Assembly: GCA_017883425.1 (NCBI GenBank)
Contig: JADGNP010000001.1
Location: 2,514-66,513, forward strand
Direction of reading: 5' to 3'
Length of the DNA stretch: 64,000 nt
Origin: Candidatus Sulfotelmatobacter sp.
Lineage (GTDB): Bacteria > Acidobacteriota > Terriglobia > Terriglobales > Acidobacteriaceae
Shown here in pieces: positions 19,336-29,438 of this stretch. The notes under the pieces were generated by a model, which was not told the DNA's origin, did not search any database, and saw nothing but the letters and a program-made list of their open reading frames with translations. Numbering within the stretch: the first letter of the stretch is position 1; each line of letters opens with the position of its first letter. Position numbers and translations under genes: made by a program.

Positions 19336-20829
19336 CTAGTCGGACCCCTTGCCCGACGAGACGACCAACTTGTAGCGGTTGTGATCTGCCTCTTCTTTGG
19401 TAGCGTCCTGCCGAGCCGTCGCCAGTCGCTTCAGCAGGTCCGGTATCTCTCCCTGATCGTTCGTCTTTCGGAGCGCAACGATCAGATGGTACAAGGCGGT
19501 CTGATCTGCAGGATTCCCTTGCAACGCGAGCCGGCACTCTTTGATCGCAGACGCATTTTGTCCGGCCTGCAAGTAGAGCTTCCCCAAAACGTTGTGCGCC
19601 GCCGAGAGGGTGGGCTGCAAAGTGATAGCCTTCTTCGCCGATTGCACAGCTTGCTGGAACTCGGCACTACCCGGCGCGGGGGCTTTTTGCGCAAGAATAG
19701 CCGCCTGCAGATACCAAAGAAACGCATCGCCAGGTTTCTTCGCAAGTTTTGACCGGACCGTCGCCAGAGCCCGATCTGGGTCGTTTTGGTTCTGCTCCTC
19801 CGCTATCATTCCCTGCGCGGCGGCGCTTAGAGTTTGGCGCGGGTCTAACAGTTCGGCCTTTTCAAAATCCGCCTCCGCTCTCTCGTAATCGGCAATCTGC
19901 ACATACAGCACTCCACGTGCAAGATAGAGATCCGCGGCCTTGGGTTCCAGATTGAGGCCCGCATTCATCAGGTTGATACCCGCTTGAAACGATTGATGGG
20001 TCATGGCAAGGTTCGCGAAATCCACATAGAGAGCAACATTGTGTGGGTCTTTAACAATGGCGTCGTGGAGAGTTTTGACGGCGTTCGGCGTGTCTTTATT
20101 TGCCTCATAGGCAGCGGCGGCCACCTGCATCGTGCTCACATCTGGGTTACCTGCCGCCAGAAGAGGCTGCAACGTTGTGAGCGCAGCCTCCGGTTGTTCG
20201 GCCGTAAGTTGAACCACTGCCAGACCGCGCCGGGCGCGCGGATCGTCGGGATGAGACGCCAAGATCCGCTGAAAGACAGGAATTGCTTTTTCCGTTTGCC
20301 TAAGTTCCATCAGACAGGCGCCGTATTCCTGCAAAGCTCCTGGCTGCGAATCGAGCAGCGAACCGCTCTGGGCGAAGTGCTGTACCGCCGTCGCACAGTC
20401 TCGGTTCTTGTACGCGAGGACGGCCAGCATGGCATGACTCGTGGGTTCGTTGGGACTTAACCGCAGCACGTGCCGTAATAACGGAATAGCCGAAGGGCTG
20501 CCAGCCTCGTACTCCAATTGGGCCGCGCCCTCGAGGGCAGGAAGATAATCAGGTGCAATCTTCAGCGCATTCTGGTAAGAGGACAGCGCCGCCTTCTGAT
20601 CGCCTTTTCCGGAGTGAGCCAGGCCCTGCAACATCCATAGCTGCGGATTCTTCGGAGACTCCTGCAGTGCGGGCTGGATTAGCTGCAAGGCTTTCTCGAA
20701 TTCCCCGCCGCGTATCGCGGAGGTAATTGCGCTGACGCGATCGTTTGCCGTCTGCGCAAACATCGGGGAAAGCAGCGTGACCAAAGCAAGGGTCAGCCTG
20801 AATTTCTTGCAAGTGAACAAGGGCATCAT
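19336..20829 (-). CDS. Secreted tetratricopeptide-repeat protein (TPR-B), paralogue of TPR-A
   Basis: 497 aa. Signal ...LALVTLLSPMFAQ. Colinear with 12255..13739, including the shared tail ALYHLI.ALRK....EIPDLLK.LA..RQ.ATKEE....RYKLV. Confidence 0.85.
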   Translation of the reverse strand: MMPLFTCKKFRLTLALVTLLSPMFAQTANDRVSAITSAIRGGEFEKALQLIQPALQESPKNPQLWMLQGLAHSGKGDQKAALSSYQNALKIAPDYLPALEGAAQLEYEAGSPSAIPLLRHVLRLSPNEPTSHAMLAVLAYKNRDCATAVQHFAQSGSLLDSQPGALQEYGACLMELRQTEKAIPVFQRILASHPDDPRARRGLAVVQLTAEQPEAALTTLQPLLAAGNPDVSTMQVAAAAYEANKDTPNAVKTLHDAIVKDPHNVALYVDFANLAMTHQSFQAGINLMNAGLNLEPKAADLYLARGVLYVQIADYERAEADFEKAELLDPRQTLSAAAQGMIAEEQNQNDPDRALATVRSKLAKKPGDAFLWYLQAAILAQKAPAPGSAEFQQAVQSAKKAITLQPTLSAAHNVLGKLYLQAGQNASAIKECRLALQGNPADQTALYHLIVALRKTNDQGEIPDLLKRLATARQDATKEEADHNRYKLVVSSGKGSD

Positions 20830-20907
20830 CGATTTTGAAGCGGCGCCTAGATTCTTGTCTCTCGCCTTTATACTTCAGCCGGTGCCGAACCGCATAGTAA
20901 TCTAACC

Positions 20908-22674
20908 GTGATTGTTCCTATCGAAATGCCCACGCAGTTCATTTCGGCCAGAACCCTCTGTAAGAGCCGTCTCCCGAAGGGACGCACGCTTAGTTCGACG
21001 TTTGTCCTCTTGATCGTCTCCAACGTCTTCTTTGCGGCTACACTGTCGTGGCCACAGAACACTTCAGATGTCGTCCATATTCGTGTACATGCCGACCAAG
21101 CCGATGGGATGATGTCGCCGATTTGGAGTTTCTTCGGATATGACGAACCGAACTACACCTACGCCCCGAATGGGAAGAAGCTTCTTGGCGAATTGTCGAC
21201 TCTCAGTCCGGTACCAGTTTATGTGCGCGTGCACAATCTCCTGACCACCGGCGACGGATCCGCTTCGCTGAAATGGGGTTCGACGAACGTCTACACAGAA
21301 GATGCGGCAGGAAGGCCTGTCTACAGTTGGACTATCCTCGATAGGATTTTCGACACGTTTCATGCCGCAGGCATCAGGCCCTTAGTAGAAATCGGATTCA
21401 TGCCGCAGGCTCTGTCTACCCATCCAGAACCTTATCGCCACAATTTTCCTCACGGTGAGATCTTTACTGGATGGGCGTATCCGCCAAAGGACTACCAGAA
21501 ATGGGTGGAACTTGTTTTTCAGTTTGTCCGCCATTTGCGCGAGCGTTACGGCGACGGCGAACTGAAGAACTGGCTCTGGGAAGTATGGAACGAGCCTGAC
21601 ATTGGATATTGGAAAGGAACGCCGGAGGAATATTTCAAGCTGTACGATTTTTCGGTGGATGCGGTCTTGCGTGCGCTGCCGGACGCGCGTATTGGCGGCC
21701 CCGACAGCACCGGCCCCGCGTCCCCCAAAGCCTCTGAATTCTTGCGCTTGTTCTTGGAGCACTGCGCTCATCAGAAAAACTTTGCGACCGGAAAGACTGG
21801 CTCCCGTCTGGATTTCATCGCTTTTCATCCCAAAGGTTCGCCGAAATGGGAGAGCGGTCACGTCCGGATGGGTATTGCCCATCAACTGGCTGCGATCGAA
21901 GAAGGCCTCAGGATCGTGGAGTCTTTTCCTGAGTGGCGCCACACACCCGTTGTGCTGGGAGAATCCGATCCGGAAGGCTGCGCCGCCTGTTCCGCGGAGG
22001 ACAACCCTCAGAATTCCTATCGCAATGGCCCGTTGTACGCGGCTTACACCGCAGAAGTGCTGGACCGCATCTATGCGTTATCCGAGAACACACACGTTAA
22101 CTTTCTTGGCGCGGTGACGTGGGCGTTTGAATTCGAGGATCAGCCACCGTTTGAAGGCTTCCGCGAGTTGGCCACCAATGGTATCGACAAACCTGTTTTG
22201 AATGCCTTCCGGATGTTCGGCCTGCTGGGGAGCGAGCGCGTGAAGGCAACAAGTACAGGGGCCTTGCCTACAGACGATGTAGTGCGCGATGGGGTAAGAG
22301 GTCAGCCCGACATTAACGTGATCGCGACTCGGAAGAACCACGAAGTAGACGTCTTGATCTGGAACTATCATGATGACGACCTCGCGGCTTCACCTGCTTC
22401 CCTCAATCTGGAGATCGATGGCCTGCCGGCAGCATTGACAAAAGGCGCGCTCGAGCATTTTCGTATCGATTCCAGTCACAGCAACGCATTTGCCGCATGG
22501 AAGGAAATGGGATCGCCCCAGTTGCCTTCTGCGGATCAAGTCGAACAATTGCAGAAGGAAGGACGGTTACAAATTCTTGATTCGCCCAGGCCGATGTCGA
22601 TCGAGAAAGGATCGGTGCATCTGCACTTTGTGTTGCCCCGGCAAAGTCTCTCGCTGATCCGCCTCACATGGTAA
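20908..22674 (+). CDS. GH39-like clan GH-A glycoside hydrolase (beta-xylosidase-type)
   Basis: 588 aa. Motifs WSFFGYDEPNYTY and the acid/base motif NWLWEVWNEPD. Hydrophobic N-terminal anchor STFVLLIVSNVFFAATLSW. The start is ambiguous (GTG at 20908 or ATG at 20926). Confidence 0.7.
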   Translation: MIVPIEMPTQFISARTLCKSRLPKGRTLSSTFVLLIVSNVFFAATLSWPQNTSDVVHIRVHADQADGMMSPIWSFFGYDEPNYTYAPNGKKLLGELSTLSPVPVYVRVHNLLTTGDGSASLKWGSTNVYTEDAAGRPVYSWTILDRIFDTFHAAGIRPLVEIGFMPQALSTHPEPYRHNFPHGEIFTGWAYPPKDYQKWVELVFQFVRHLRERYGDGELKNWLWEVWNEPDIGYWKGTPEEYFKLYDFSVDAVLRALPDARIGGPDSTGPASPKASEFLRLFLEHCAHQKNFATGKTGSRLDFIAFHPKGSPKWESGHVRMGIAHQLAAIEEGLRIVESFPEWRHTPVVLGESDPEGCAACSAEDNPQNSYRNGPLYAAYTAEVLDRIYALSENTHVNFLGAVTWAFEFEDQPPFEGFRELATNGIDKPVLNAFRMFGLLGSERVKATSTGALPTDDVVRDGVRGQPDINVIATRKNHEVDVLIWNYHDDDLAASPASLNLEIDGLPAALTKGALEHFRIDSSHSNAFAAWKEMGSPQLPSADQVEQLQKEGRLQILDSPRPMSIEKGSVHLHFVLPRQSLSLIRLTW

Positions 22675-22689
22675 GTATCCGGCGCAGAC

Positions 22690-23562
22690 TCACTTCTTCC
22701 CTACCGATTTCACAACGGCTGAAAAATCCTGATCGCCCAGACCCTGGCCAACGGCGTGTTTAAAAACCTCGAACGCGGGAGCCGCAGTCTGGAGCGGAAG
22801 TCCAAATCTCACCCCTTCGTGGATGGCGTACCCAATATCTTTCGTCATCAGCTTGAGTGGAAAATTCGGAGTGAAGTCGTCAGCGGACATGGCAGTCAGC
22901 ATCCTTTTGATCAGCGGACTTGCCAGCGCGCTGTTGGCCAGGACGGAAACGCTCTTTTCACGATCAAGGCCACTCAGACGAATCAACGACATGGCCTCGG
23001 CAAAAGAGGCCGCTTGCACTCCACAAACGAAGTTGTTGATCAGCTTCAAGAGCGCGCCACTACCGTTTGGGCCGAGATACACCACTTCCCTTCCCAGGAC
23101 AGACAGAACGTCTCGCGCTCGGGCGAAGCCGGCGGACGAGCCTCCTACCATGAAAAATAACTCGCCCGTTGCGGCGTGCGGCTTCGTTCCTGTAACAGGC
23201 GCGTCAAGAAACTCGCATTTTTTCTCAGTCGCCACAGCGGCGAGTTCCCTCACCCAATCGACCGACAGCGTGCTCGATTCCAGAAACAGTGAACCCGCTT
23301 CGGCGCCCGCCAATGCACCGTCTTCCCCAAGCCAGACGCTCCGGGAGGCGACATCGTCGGCGACCATGCTGATGACGATCTCGGCTCGTGAAGCAGCCTC
23401 GCGTGGCGAAGCCGCAACGAAGGCGCCGGCCTGCGCAAATTTCTCGGCACGCTCGCGACTTCGGTTGTAGACCGAGAGCGCAAAACCCGCGGAGAGCAGA
23501 CGTGTAGCCATCCCTCCGCCCATAATGCCGAGACCGAGAACTGCGACGCGTGGTTTTGACAT
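22690..23562 (-). CDS. NAD(P)-dependent beta-hydroxyacid dehydrogenase (3-hydroxyisobutyrate/6-phosphogluconate dehydrogenase-like)
   Basis: Rossmann motif VAVLGLGIMGGGMATRL. The HIBADH-family body includes GALLKLINN. I prefer the ATG at 23562 (MSKPRVAVLG); the track start at 23574 is a GTG overlapping the upstream stop. Confidence 0.85.
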   Translation of the reverse strand: MSKPRVAVLGLGIMGGGMATRLLSAGFALSVYNRSRERAEKFAQAGAFVAASPREAASRAEIVISMVADDVASRSVWLGEDGALAGAEAGSLFLESSTLSVDWVRELAAVATEKKCEFLDAPVTGTKPHAATGELFFMVGGSSAGFARARDVLSVLGREVVYLGPNGSGALLKLINNFVCGVQAASFAEAMSLIRLSGLDREKSVSVLANSALASPLIKRMLTAMSADDFTPNFPLKLMTKDIGYAIHEGVRFGLPLQTAAPAFEVFKHAVGQGLGDQDFSAVVKSVGKK

Positions 23563-23570
23563 TGCACTTT

Positions 23571-24572
23571 TCACCCTAAAGAACTAACTTCGATCGGCGT
23601 AGGCGTCGACTTCGCCACATGAACCGGATTCCGCAAGGCACGCCCGAAGCCCTCAAACACGACTTCCATCACATCTCCATCCTGCAGGTGGATGCCGGCG
23701 CCAAAACTCAAGCAGTCGGTCCCAAAAAAATGAACGTGCACGTCACCCGGACGGCGATGGGCCTCAAACTTAAAATGATGATGCTCCAGGTTCCGCAGGC
23801 TGTGGCACATTTCTGCCTCGCCGGTCCGGAATCCCCCAGACCAAAGCACACTTCCCTCGCGATCAATCCTGACCTTCGCCGACACCGAGGAAAACTCTGG
23901 GTCCAGGACGAGTTCGGGACCCAGCGCACAGGTTCGGAGTTTCGACCCGGCCAGGTTCAAATAGTTCTTCTTCTCGAATCGATGATCCGAGAATTCGTTT
24001 CCACCCGCCATCCCTACGCGGTACGGCGATCCATCCGGGGCAATCACGTAGATGCCCGCAATTTCCGCTTCCTCTCCGCCGTCCTCGGCATAGCCGGGAA
24101 TTTCGAGCGGTTGCCCGTGTCCTCGCAACATAGCGCCCGTGCCTTTGTAGAACCATTCCGGCGCAATCCCAATCTCTCCCGGCGCAGGACGTCCTCCATC
24201 CTTTCCCCAATGGAACATTTTCATACTGTCCGTCATATCGTCGTTGTCCACGGCATGCATCGATTGCCGATCCCGCGCACTGCCGAGATGTGTAAGGCCG
24301 GTTCCGGAAATCATGCAGCGAGAGCACTCATCCGGATGGTCAATCGGCGGCAACAATCGCCATTCCGAGCGACCGCCATACACGAGGTCATAGTCCAAGC
24401 GTTCGCCCGTGAGTCTCTTTCGCGCCATCTCGATGAGCTTCACGCGTTCCTTGATGGCCGATTGCGCCAGTTCGTACACAGAATTGCAGCCGTCGAGCAC
24501 ACGAAGATGAGGTTCTTCGACTAGCGCCACGCGTCGCACGATACCCTTCTTGATTTGAACCAGCCGCGTCAT
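23571..24572 (-). CDS. GguC/AraD1-like protein, FAH (fumarylacetoacetate hydrolase) superfamily
   Basis: 333 aa. MTRLVQIKKG..., PPIDHPDE..CMISGTGLTHLGSA, TDSMKMFHWG, EWFYKG and DGGEEAEIAGIYVI match my recollection of GguC-type proteins from sugar loci. No biochemical role can be read from the sequence. Confidence 0.55.
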   Translation of the reverse strand: MTRLVQIKKGIVRRVALVEEPHLRVLDGCNSVYELAQSAIKERVKLIEMARKRLTGERLDYDLVYGGRSEWRLLPPIDHPDECSRCMISGTGLTHLGSARDRQSMHAVDNDDMTDSMKMFHWGKDGGRPAPGEIGIAPEWFYKGTGAMLRGHGQPLEIPGYAEDGGEEAEIAGIYVIAPDGSPYRVGMAGGNEFSDHRFEKKNYLNLAGSKLRTCALGPELVLDPEFSSVSAKVRIDREGSVLWSGGFRTGEAEMCHSLRNLEHHHFKFEAHRRPGDVHVHFFGTDCLSFGAGIHLQDGDVMEVVFEGFGRALRNPVHVAKSTPTPIEVSSLG

Positions 24573-24600
24573 AGAATTCTGATCCGCTCCTCGCGCTTAT

Positions 24601-25773
24601 CTATTCGACAACTTCGAAGTCCTGCGGCGCCGTCTCAACGATGGTGAGACCGAAACCCGGCACGTCGTCATCCAGATCGATGAAACCGTCTTTCGCCTTA
24701 GGCTCGCCTGCAAAGAGATACCAGAAAAGTTCATTCCCCACTTCGACATCCACCATGGGGAAATATTCTGCCATCGGAGAATTCAGGCTTGCCATAACTA
24801 CGTGATAGTTGTGCATCTGCCCCGCATGTGGAATCACAGGAACCGAGTAGGCCTCGGCCAGCGCGGCAATTTTTCGCGCTTGCGTAATACCGCCCACACG
24901 GTTCGTGTCGAACTGGATATAGTCCACCGCGCGCGCCTGCAACAAATCTCGAAATCCATACAAAGTAAATTCGTGCTCCCCTCCAGCGATCGGGATTTGC
25001 CCGTAGGATTTCAACTCGGCATATCCCTGGATATCGTCAGGAATAACGGGCTCTTCCAGCCAGCGGAGGTGAAACGGTTCCAGGAGTGGGAGCATTCGCT
25101 TGGCGTAGTCGAGTGTCCAGCCCATGTAGGCATCGGCCATCACATCGATGTCGTTCCCTACGGCCTCGCGCACGGTGCGAACCAGTTCGAGATTTCGCTG
25201 CATCCCTTCCCCACCATCCACCGGTCCCCACCCGAAACGAAGCTTCATTGCCTTGTAGCCTTCCTTCTTATAGTGCGTCGCCTCTGCCGCGAGTTCACTG
25301 GGCTTCGTGGCATACAGGCGGCTCGCGTAAACAGGAATGCGCGGCTTCGTTCTGCCTCCCAGCAACCGGTACACAGGTTGCTTGGCAGACTTGCCCAACA
25401 GATCCCAGAGGGCGATGTCGACGGCACTGATTGCCACCATTCCAATCCCCTTGCGTCCAAATGCCATCGTCTTGCGATACATGTGCTGCCAGAGGAATTC
25501 GATATCCCACGGATTCCGCCCCATCAACAGCGGCTTCAAATAGAGATCAATTGCCTGTTTCGTGACTTGCGGGGCAAGGGCGGCGTTGCCGATTCCCACG
25601 AGACCATCATCAGTGAATATCTCGACGACGAGCCATCCGTGGAAAGTGAATGTGCCCATGGACGCCTGCGGCAACTGCAGCGAATCCATCGGATTCGTGC
25701 AGAAATGTGGCGGCAACGGCACCGTCTTGCCACGCCATCGGAACACGCGCGTTCGAATCTCTTTGATCTTCAT
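24601..25773 (-). CDS. Enolase-superfamily acid-sugar dehydratase (mandelate racemase/muconate lactonising family, L-rhamnonate/L-fuconate dehydratase-like)
   Basis: 390 aa. Motifs VDIALWDLLGKSAKQPVYRLLGG and WLEEPV (metal ligand). The N-terminal capping region resembles RhmD-type enzymes. There is a 4-nt ATGA overlap with the upstream MFS gene. Confidence 0.8.
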   Translation of the reverse strand: MKIKEIRTRVFRWRGKTVPLPPHFCTNPMDSLQLPQASMGTFTFHGWLVVEIFTDDGLVGIGNAALAPQVTKQAIDLYLKPLLMGRNPWDIEFLWQHMYRKTMAFGRKGIGMVAISAVDIALWDLLGKSAKQPVYRLLGGRTKPRIPVYASRLYATKPSELAAEATHYKKEGYKAMKLRFGWGPVDGGEGMQRNLELVRTVREAVGNDIDVMADAYMGWTLDYAKRMLPLLEPFHLRWLEEPVIPDDIQGYAELKSYGQIPIAGGEHEFTLYGFRDLLQARAVDYIQFDTNRVGGITQARKIAALAEAYSVPVIPHAGQMHNYHVVMASLNSPMAEYFPMVDVEVGNELFWYLFAGEPKAKDGFIDLDDDVPGFGLTIVETAPQDFEVVE

Positions 25774-27008
25774 CGCGCTCCTTGATACGTCAATCTCCGC
25801 TCAATATCCTCAGGCTGGAATAACGGAATCGCGACCAGAATGACAATGAATGCAACGACGTGGAACATTCCGGCGAGCGTGAGAACCACGCCGTATCCGA
25901 TACCGTGGTCCAGCAAATAGCCAACCAACTGCCCAAACGCAATTCCGCCCATCGCTCCACCAAACCCAACCAGGCCCGCCACTGAGCCCACCACACGCCG
26001 CGGCAGAAGATCAGTAGGCAGCACCATCACCAGTGTCGACCAGGATTGCTGCCCGAAATATGCCACGCTGAAGATCACGATGGCCCAGGACACTGCGACA
26101 TAGGGAACGAAAATGACAAGCGGCATGACCGCCGCACTCAACCCTAGTGCCAGCTTCCTCGCCGCACTCAGTGAGAATTCCCGACGCACCAGGTAACTTG
26201 AAAACCACCCCCCCACGAGGCACCCGATTCCGGCTGCCGCATACGGAATCCACGCAAACGCGCCAACTGCCTTGATGTCGAATCCGCGCGCGTCGTACAG
26301 ATATTTTGGCAACCAGAAAAGATAGAAGTACCAGGCAGCGTCGCTCAGGAATTTCGCCGCCACCATTCCCCAAACCTCACGGATGCGCAACAGATCAATC
26401 CAGCGTAGGTGCGCTGCAGATTCGCCACCATCCGAGTGATTCGCCTCAGGACCTTGCTCCGGAGAGAAGTACGACAAGCGCCACCATGCGGTCCAGAGCA
26501 GGCCAAGAGCGCCCGAGATGACGAATATCCATCGCCAATTCAAGAAACTCAGGATGACGGCAATCAGGGGCGGAGCGATCACGGCTCCTACGGCCGTTCC
26601 CGCATTGATGATGCCCATCGCACTCGCGCGTTCATGGGTCGGGAACCACTCCGCAACTGCCCTTGTTGCCGCTGGAAAACCGCCTCCTTCGCCGATCCCG
26701 AGCAGGAAACGGCTCACTGCAAGCATCGCGAAGCTCAACGCCAGCGCGTGACTCGCGCAAGCCAGGGACCAGAAAATCATGATCACCGTGAAGCCCCGGC
26801 GCGTTCCCAACGCGTCGGTTAGCTTTCCCCCGCCGGCATACATGAAGGCATAGGCGAACAGAAACGCGGATTGCAGCATGGAAAACTGCTGATTCGAAAG
26901 CGGGATATCCTTCCCAATCGCATTCACGGCGACTGGAAGAGTCTGGCGGTCCAGATAGCTGATTGCAATCGCCGCACTGACTAGAACTGCAATTCTCCAC
27001 CGCACCAA
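25770..27008 (-). CDS. MFS transporter, anion:cation symporter (ExuT/hexuronate-acid-sugar) type
   Basis: 412 aa with ~12 hydrophobic segments. Motifs ISYLDRQTLPVAV and GGKLTDALGTRRGF (MFS loop 2-3 signature). Non-ATG start (TTG at 27008 or GTG at 27005). Confidence 0.8.
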   Translation of the reverse strand: MVRWRIAVLVSAAIAISYLDRQTLPVAVNAIGKDIPLSNQQFSMLQSAFLFAYAFMYAGGGKLTDALGTRRGFTVIMIFWSLACASHALALSFAMLAVSRFLLGIGEGGGFPAATRAVAEWFPTHERASAMGIINAGTAVGAVIAPPLIAVILSFLNWRWIFVISGALGLLWTAWWRLSYFSPEQGPEANHSDGGESAAHLRWIDLLRIREVWGMVAAKFLSDAAWYFYLFWLPKYLYDARGFDIKAVGAFAWIPYAAAGIGCLVGGWFSSYLVRREFSLSAARKLALGLSAAVMPLVIFVPYVAVSWAIVIFSVAYFGQQSWSTLVMVLPTDLLPRRVVGSVAGLVGFGGAMGGIAFGQLVGYLLDHGIGYGVVLTLAGMFHVVAFIVILVAIPLFQPEDIERRLTYQGAR

Positions 27009-27078
27009 GAGCCTGCTCCTCGATTAAGCTGCCCTTCACGGGGCGATCCCGGTGTTCCCGTCTACTGCGATTCGCTTC

Positions 27079-29157
27079 TTAAGATTTGACCACCTGAGTC
27101 CAAACCTGCATCGCGGTTGCTTGCCGGTTCGCCCATGCGTAGTACGGAATGAAGGTCAGTGGAACTCTCTTCGTTCTCTCGTTTGCTCCGGTGTACCGCG
27201 GGTAGAGAACGTTGGCGGACGCGCTCCTCTCGTAGGACGCGCCAGTGTGGTGGAGTAAGAGAACTCCACCGAGAAGGTCGCTCTTCATCTCGGTCTGAAA
27301 CTCGGAGCCAGGGCGCTTCCCCAACTCCAAGGCCACGTCACTCAATGTCACGCCGTTCGACTGATCGACTTCTTCGAGACAATAGACAAGTGGGCCGCGC
27401 TGGACCGCGACACGCCCTGTGTCATCCGCCACCCGTGGATTCGCTTCAAGTACCTGCGGCACCATTTCCACCTGCAAATGGACGCGATCTCCCGCAGACC
27501 AGCGCCGGCGTATCGGTAGATACGCACCCGGTTTTACACCCGACAGCGCTGTGCCGTTTACGGTCACCTGTGCGCTGTCGACCCATCCAGGAATTCGCAG
27601 ATAGACCGCAAAATCGGTCGGTTGCGACGGTGTTACTGTCATCTCAACACTGCCATCCCACGGATAATTTGTCTTCTGCGCGACCTTCAGGCCCGTGCCA
27701 TTCTCCAGATGCCAGTCCAGTTCTGAATTGTCATAAAGGTGCACGTAGATCCCGTCGTCGCTGGTGCTGTAGAAATATCCGGGCAACGAACCGAAAGTGC
27801 GCTCGAGATTAGGAGGACAGCACGTTGTGTCGTACCACGGGTTGCGAATCTTATCTCCGCCCGACGGATCGAATGCCAGCGGATTGCGATAGCAGTACAT
27901 CACTCCATCGAGCGACATTCCCGAGTTGATGCCGTTATAGAGGGCACGCTCGATCACATCCGCGAACTTCGCGTCCCCAGTTGCCGCCAGCATGCGCCAG
28001 TTCCACATCATGTTCCCGATGGCGGCGCAACTCTCCCCATACGCTCGGAAATTTGGCAGTTCGTAGGCATCGCCGAAGGCTTCTCCGTCCGCGCGGGAAC
28101 CCACCCCTCCGGTGACGTACATCTTGGTGGTGGTCATGTCGGTCCAGAGTTTGTTCAGAGTCGCCCAGTAGGAGTCGTCGCCGGTCTCCATGTAGTAGTC
28201 CGTAGCTCCACAGCACGCATAAACGGCTCGAACGGCGTGGCCTTCGAGTTTCGTCCGTTCTGTAAAAGGCGTGCCCGAGAACATGTAAATCGTTCTGCGC
28301 TCCGGGAGGTCGATCCGTTTGTCTCCCCGCAGGATGTAGCCGGCAAGTTCGAGTTGTCGCTTGTCGCCCGTGATTCGATAGAGCTCAATCAGTGCCATCT
28401 CTATCTCAGGATGTCCGGACACGATTGGCTTTTTCGGAGCAGGACCATAGTTAGGAATCAGGAAGCCGTCAACGAATCGAATGCCGGCGTCAAGCAACTT
28501 GCGGTCGCCGGTCGCGCGGTAGTAGGCAATTGCCCCCTGCAACATGTGTCCGATGTTGTACAGCTCATGGCCGGTCGTCTGCGTTTGTGGCAGCATCCTC
28601 TGCGACTTGCGATCGTCCACGTAGTAGGTGTTCAGGTACCCGTTGGGTTCCTGCACCGCCACCACCTCGTTAATCATCTTCTCAGCGCTTGCCCGAAGCT
28701 TTGGGCGATCCCCGGACTGCAGAACAAAGCCAACCGCTTCCGTCCATTTGTAGACATCGGAGTCCGAATACACCGGGCCACGCTGTGCAGCGTCGCTCTT
28801 GCCCACAAGTCGAAGGAAATTGGTCATGCGGCCATTCGCTTCTAGCAGATCATGCATCGTCGGGATACTTGCGTTGACGTTGATCTCGCGCCGGGCTCCC
28901 CAAAAACCACTATCGATCGTTACCGCGCGCACCGGAATATTTCGCAGCTTCGCGTGAGGCGATTTCGCCAGGTTCTCAACCCCTTGGTCTCGCCAGCCGG
29001 GTTTATCCGTTAGAGCGACCTCGGTCTGAGTCGCACCTGCGGCCCCCTCTCTAGCAATGACAGCTATGGCATCCCGTGCGGGAAAGGATGAAATAGCAGC
29101 CACGGCGGCCGCTGAGGTCACAAACTGCCGCCGAGACATCTCCCTTTTCTGATTCAT
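27079..29157 (-). CDS. GH127 beta-L-arabinofuranosidase (DUF1680), Tat signal
   Basis: 692 aa. Leader MSRRQFVTSAAAVAAISS. Canonical Zn/nucleophile cysteine motif YDTTCCPPNLERT. Confidence 0.88.
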   Translation of the reverse strand: MNQKREMSRRQFVTSAAAVAAISSFPARDAIAVIAREGAAGATQTEVALTDKPGWRDQGVENLAKSPHAKLRNIPVRAVTIDSGFWGARREINVNASIPTMHDLLEANGRMTNFLRLVGKSDAAQRGPVYSDSDVYKWTEAVGFVLQSGDRPKLRASAEKMINEVVAVQEPNGYLNTYYVDDRKSQRMLPQTQTTGHELYNIGHMLQGAIAYYRATGDRKLLDAGIRFVDGFLIPNYGPAPKKPIVSGHPEIEMALIELYRITGDKRQLELAGYILRGDKRIDLPERRTIYMFSGTPFTERTKLEGHAVRAVYACCGATDYYMETGDDSYWATLNKLWTDMTTTKMYVTGGVGSRADGEAFGDAYELPNFRAYGESCAAIGNMMWNWRMLAATGDAKFADVIERALYNGINSGMSLDGVMYCYRNPLAFDPSGGDKIRNPWYDTTCCPPNLERTFGSLPGYFYSTSDDGIYVHLYDNSELDWHLENGTGLKVAQKTNYPWDGSVEMTVTPSQPTDFAVYLRIPGWVDSAQVTVNGTALSGVKPGAYLPIRRRWSAGDRVHLQVEMVPQVLEANPRVADDTGRVAVQRGPLVYCLEEVDQSNGVTLSDVALELGKRPGSEFQTEMKSDLLGGVLLLHHTGASYERSASANVLYPRYTGANERTKRVPLTFIPYYAWANRQATAMQVWTQVVKS

Positions 29158-29214
29158 GAACTTTCCTCCCCAGTCTGGTCAGGTCCGTTGCTCGAAATTA
29201 TAGCGCCGAGCGCA

Positions 29215-29226
29215 GTAACCGTTTAC
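29215..29226. promoter_or_regulatory. LacI-type operator candidate GTAACCGTTTAC in the GH127 / arabinonate dehydratase divergent region
   Basis: Lies 58 nt upstream of the GH127 start. Matches the idealised palindrome GTAAACGTTTAC in 11 of 12 positions. Confidence 0.45.
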
Positions 29227-29349
29227 TCGTCGGCGCGAGCGAACGGCGCAGTCCGCACTCACATATCCACGCCCCGCCATGCCTTCGTTCAAATTACAGT
29301 TCGTGAGATGATCCTGCTTGCTTGTTCTGTCGTCAATCAATTTTTTTGA

Positions 29350-29361
29350 GATTACGTTTAC
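29350..29361. promoter_or_regulatory. Weaker operator candidate GATTACGTTTAC upstream of arabinonate dehydratase
   Basis: The right half-site CGTTTAC is perfect and the left half matches 3 of 5. Lies 78 nt upstream of the ATG at 29439, preceded by a T7 run. Confidence 0.3.
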
Positions 29362-29438
29362 TTACATGTTTTACAGTATGATCGAAACGCTTCCACACAC
29401 CGGAGACGGCGAAGGAACCAAACCTCTAGGATCATCCG

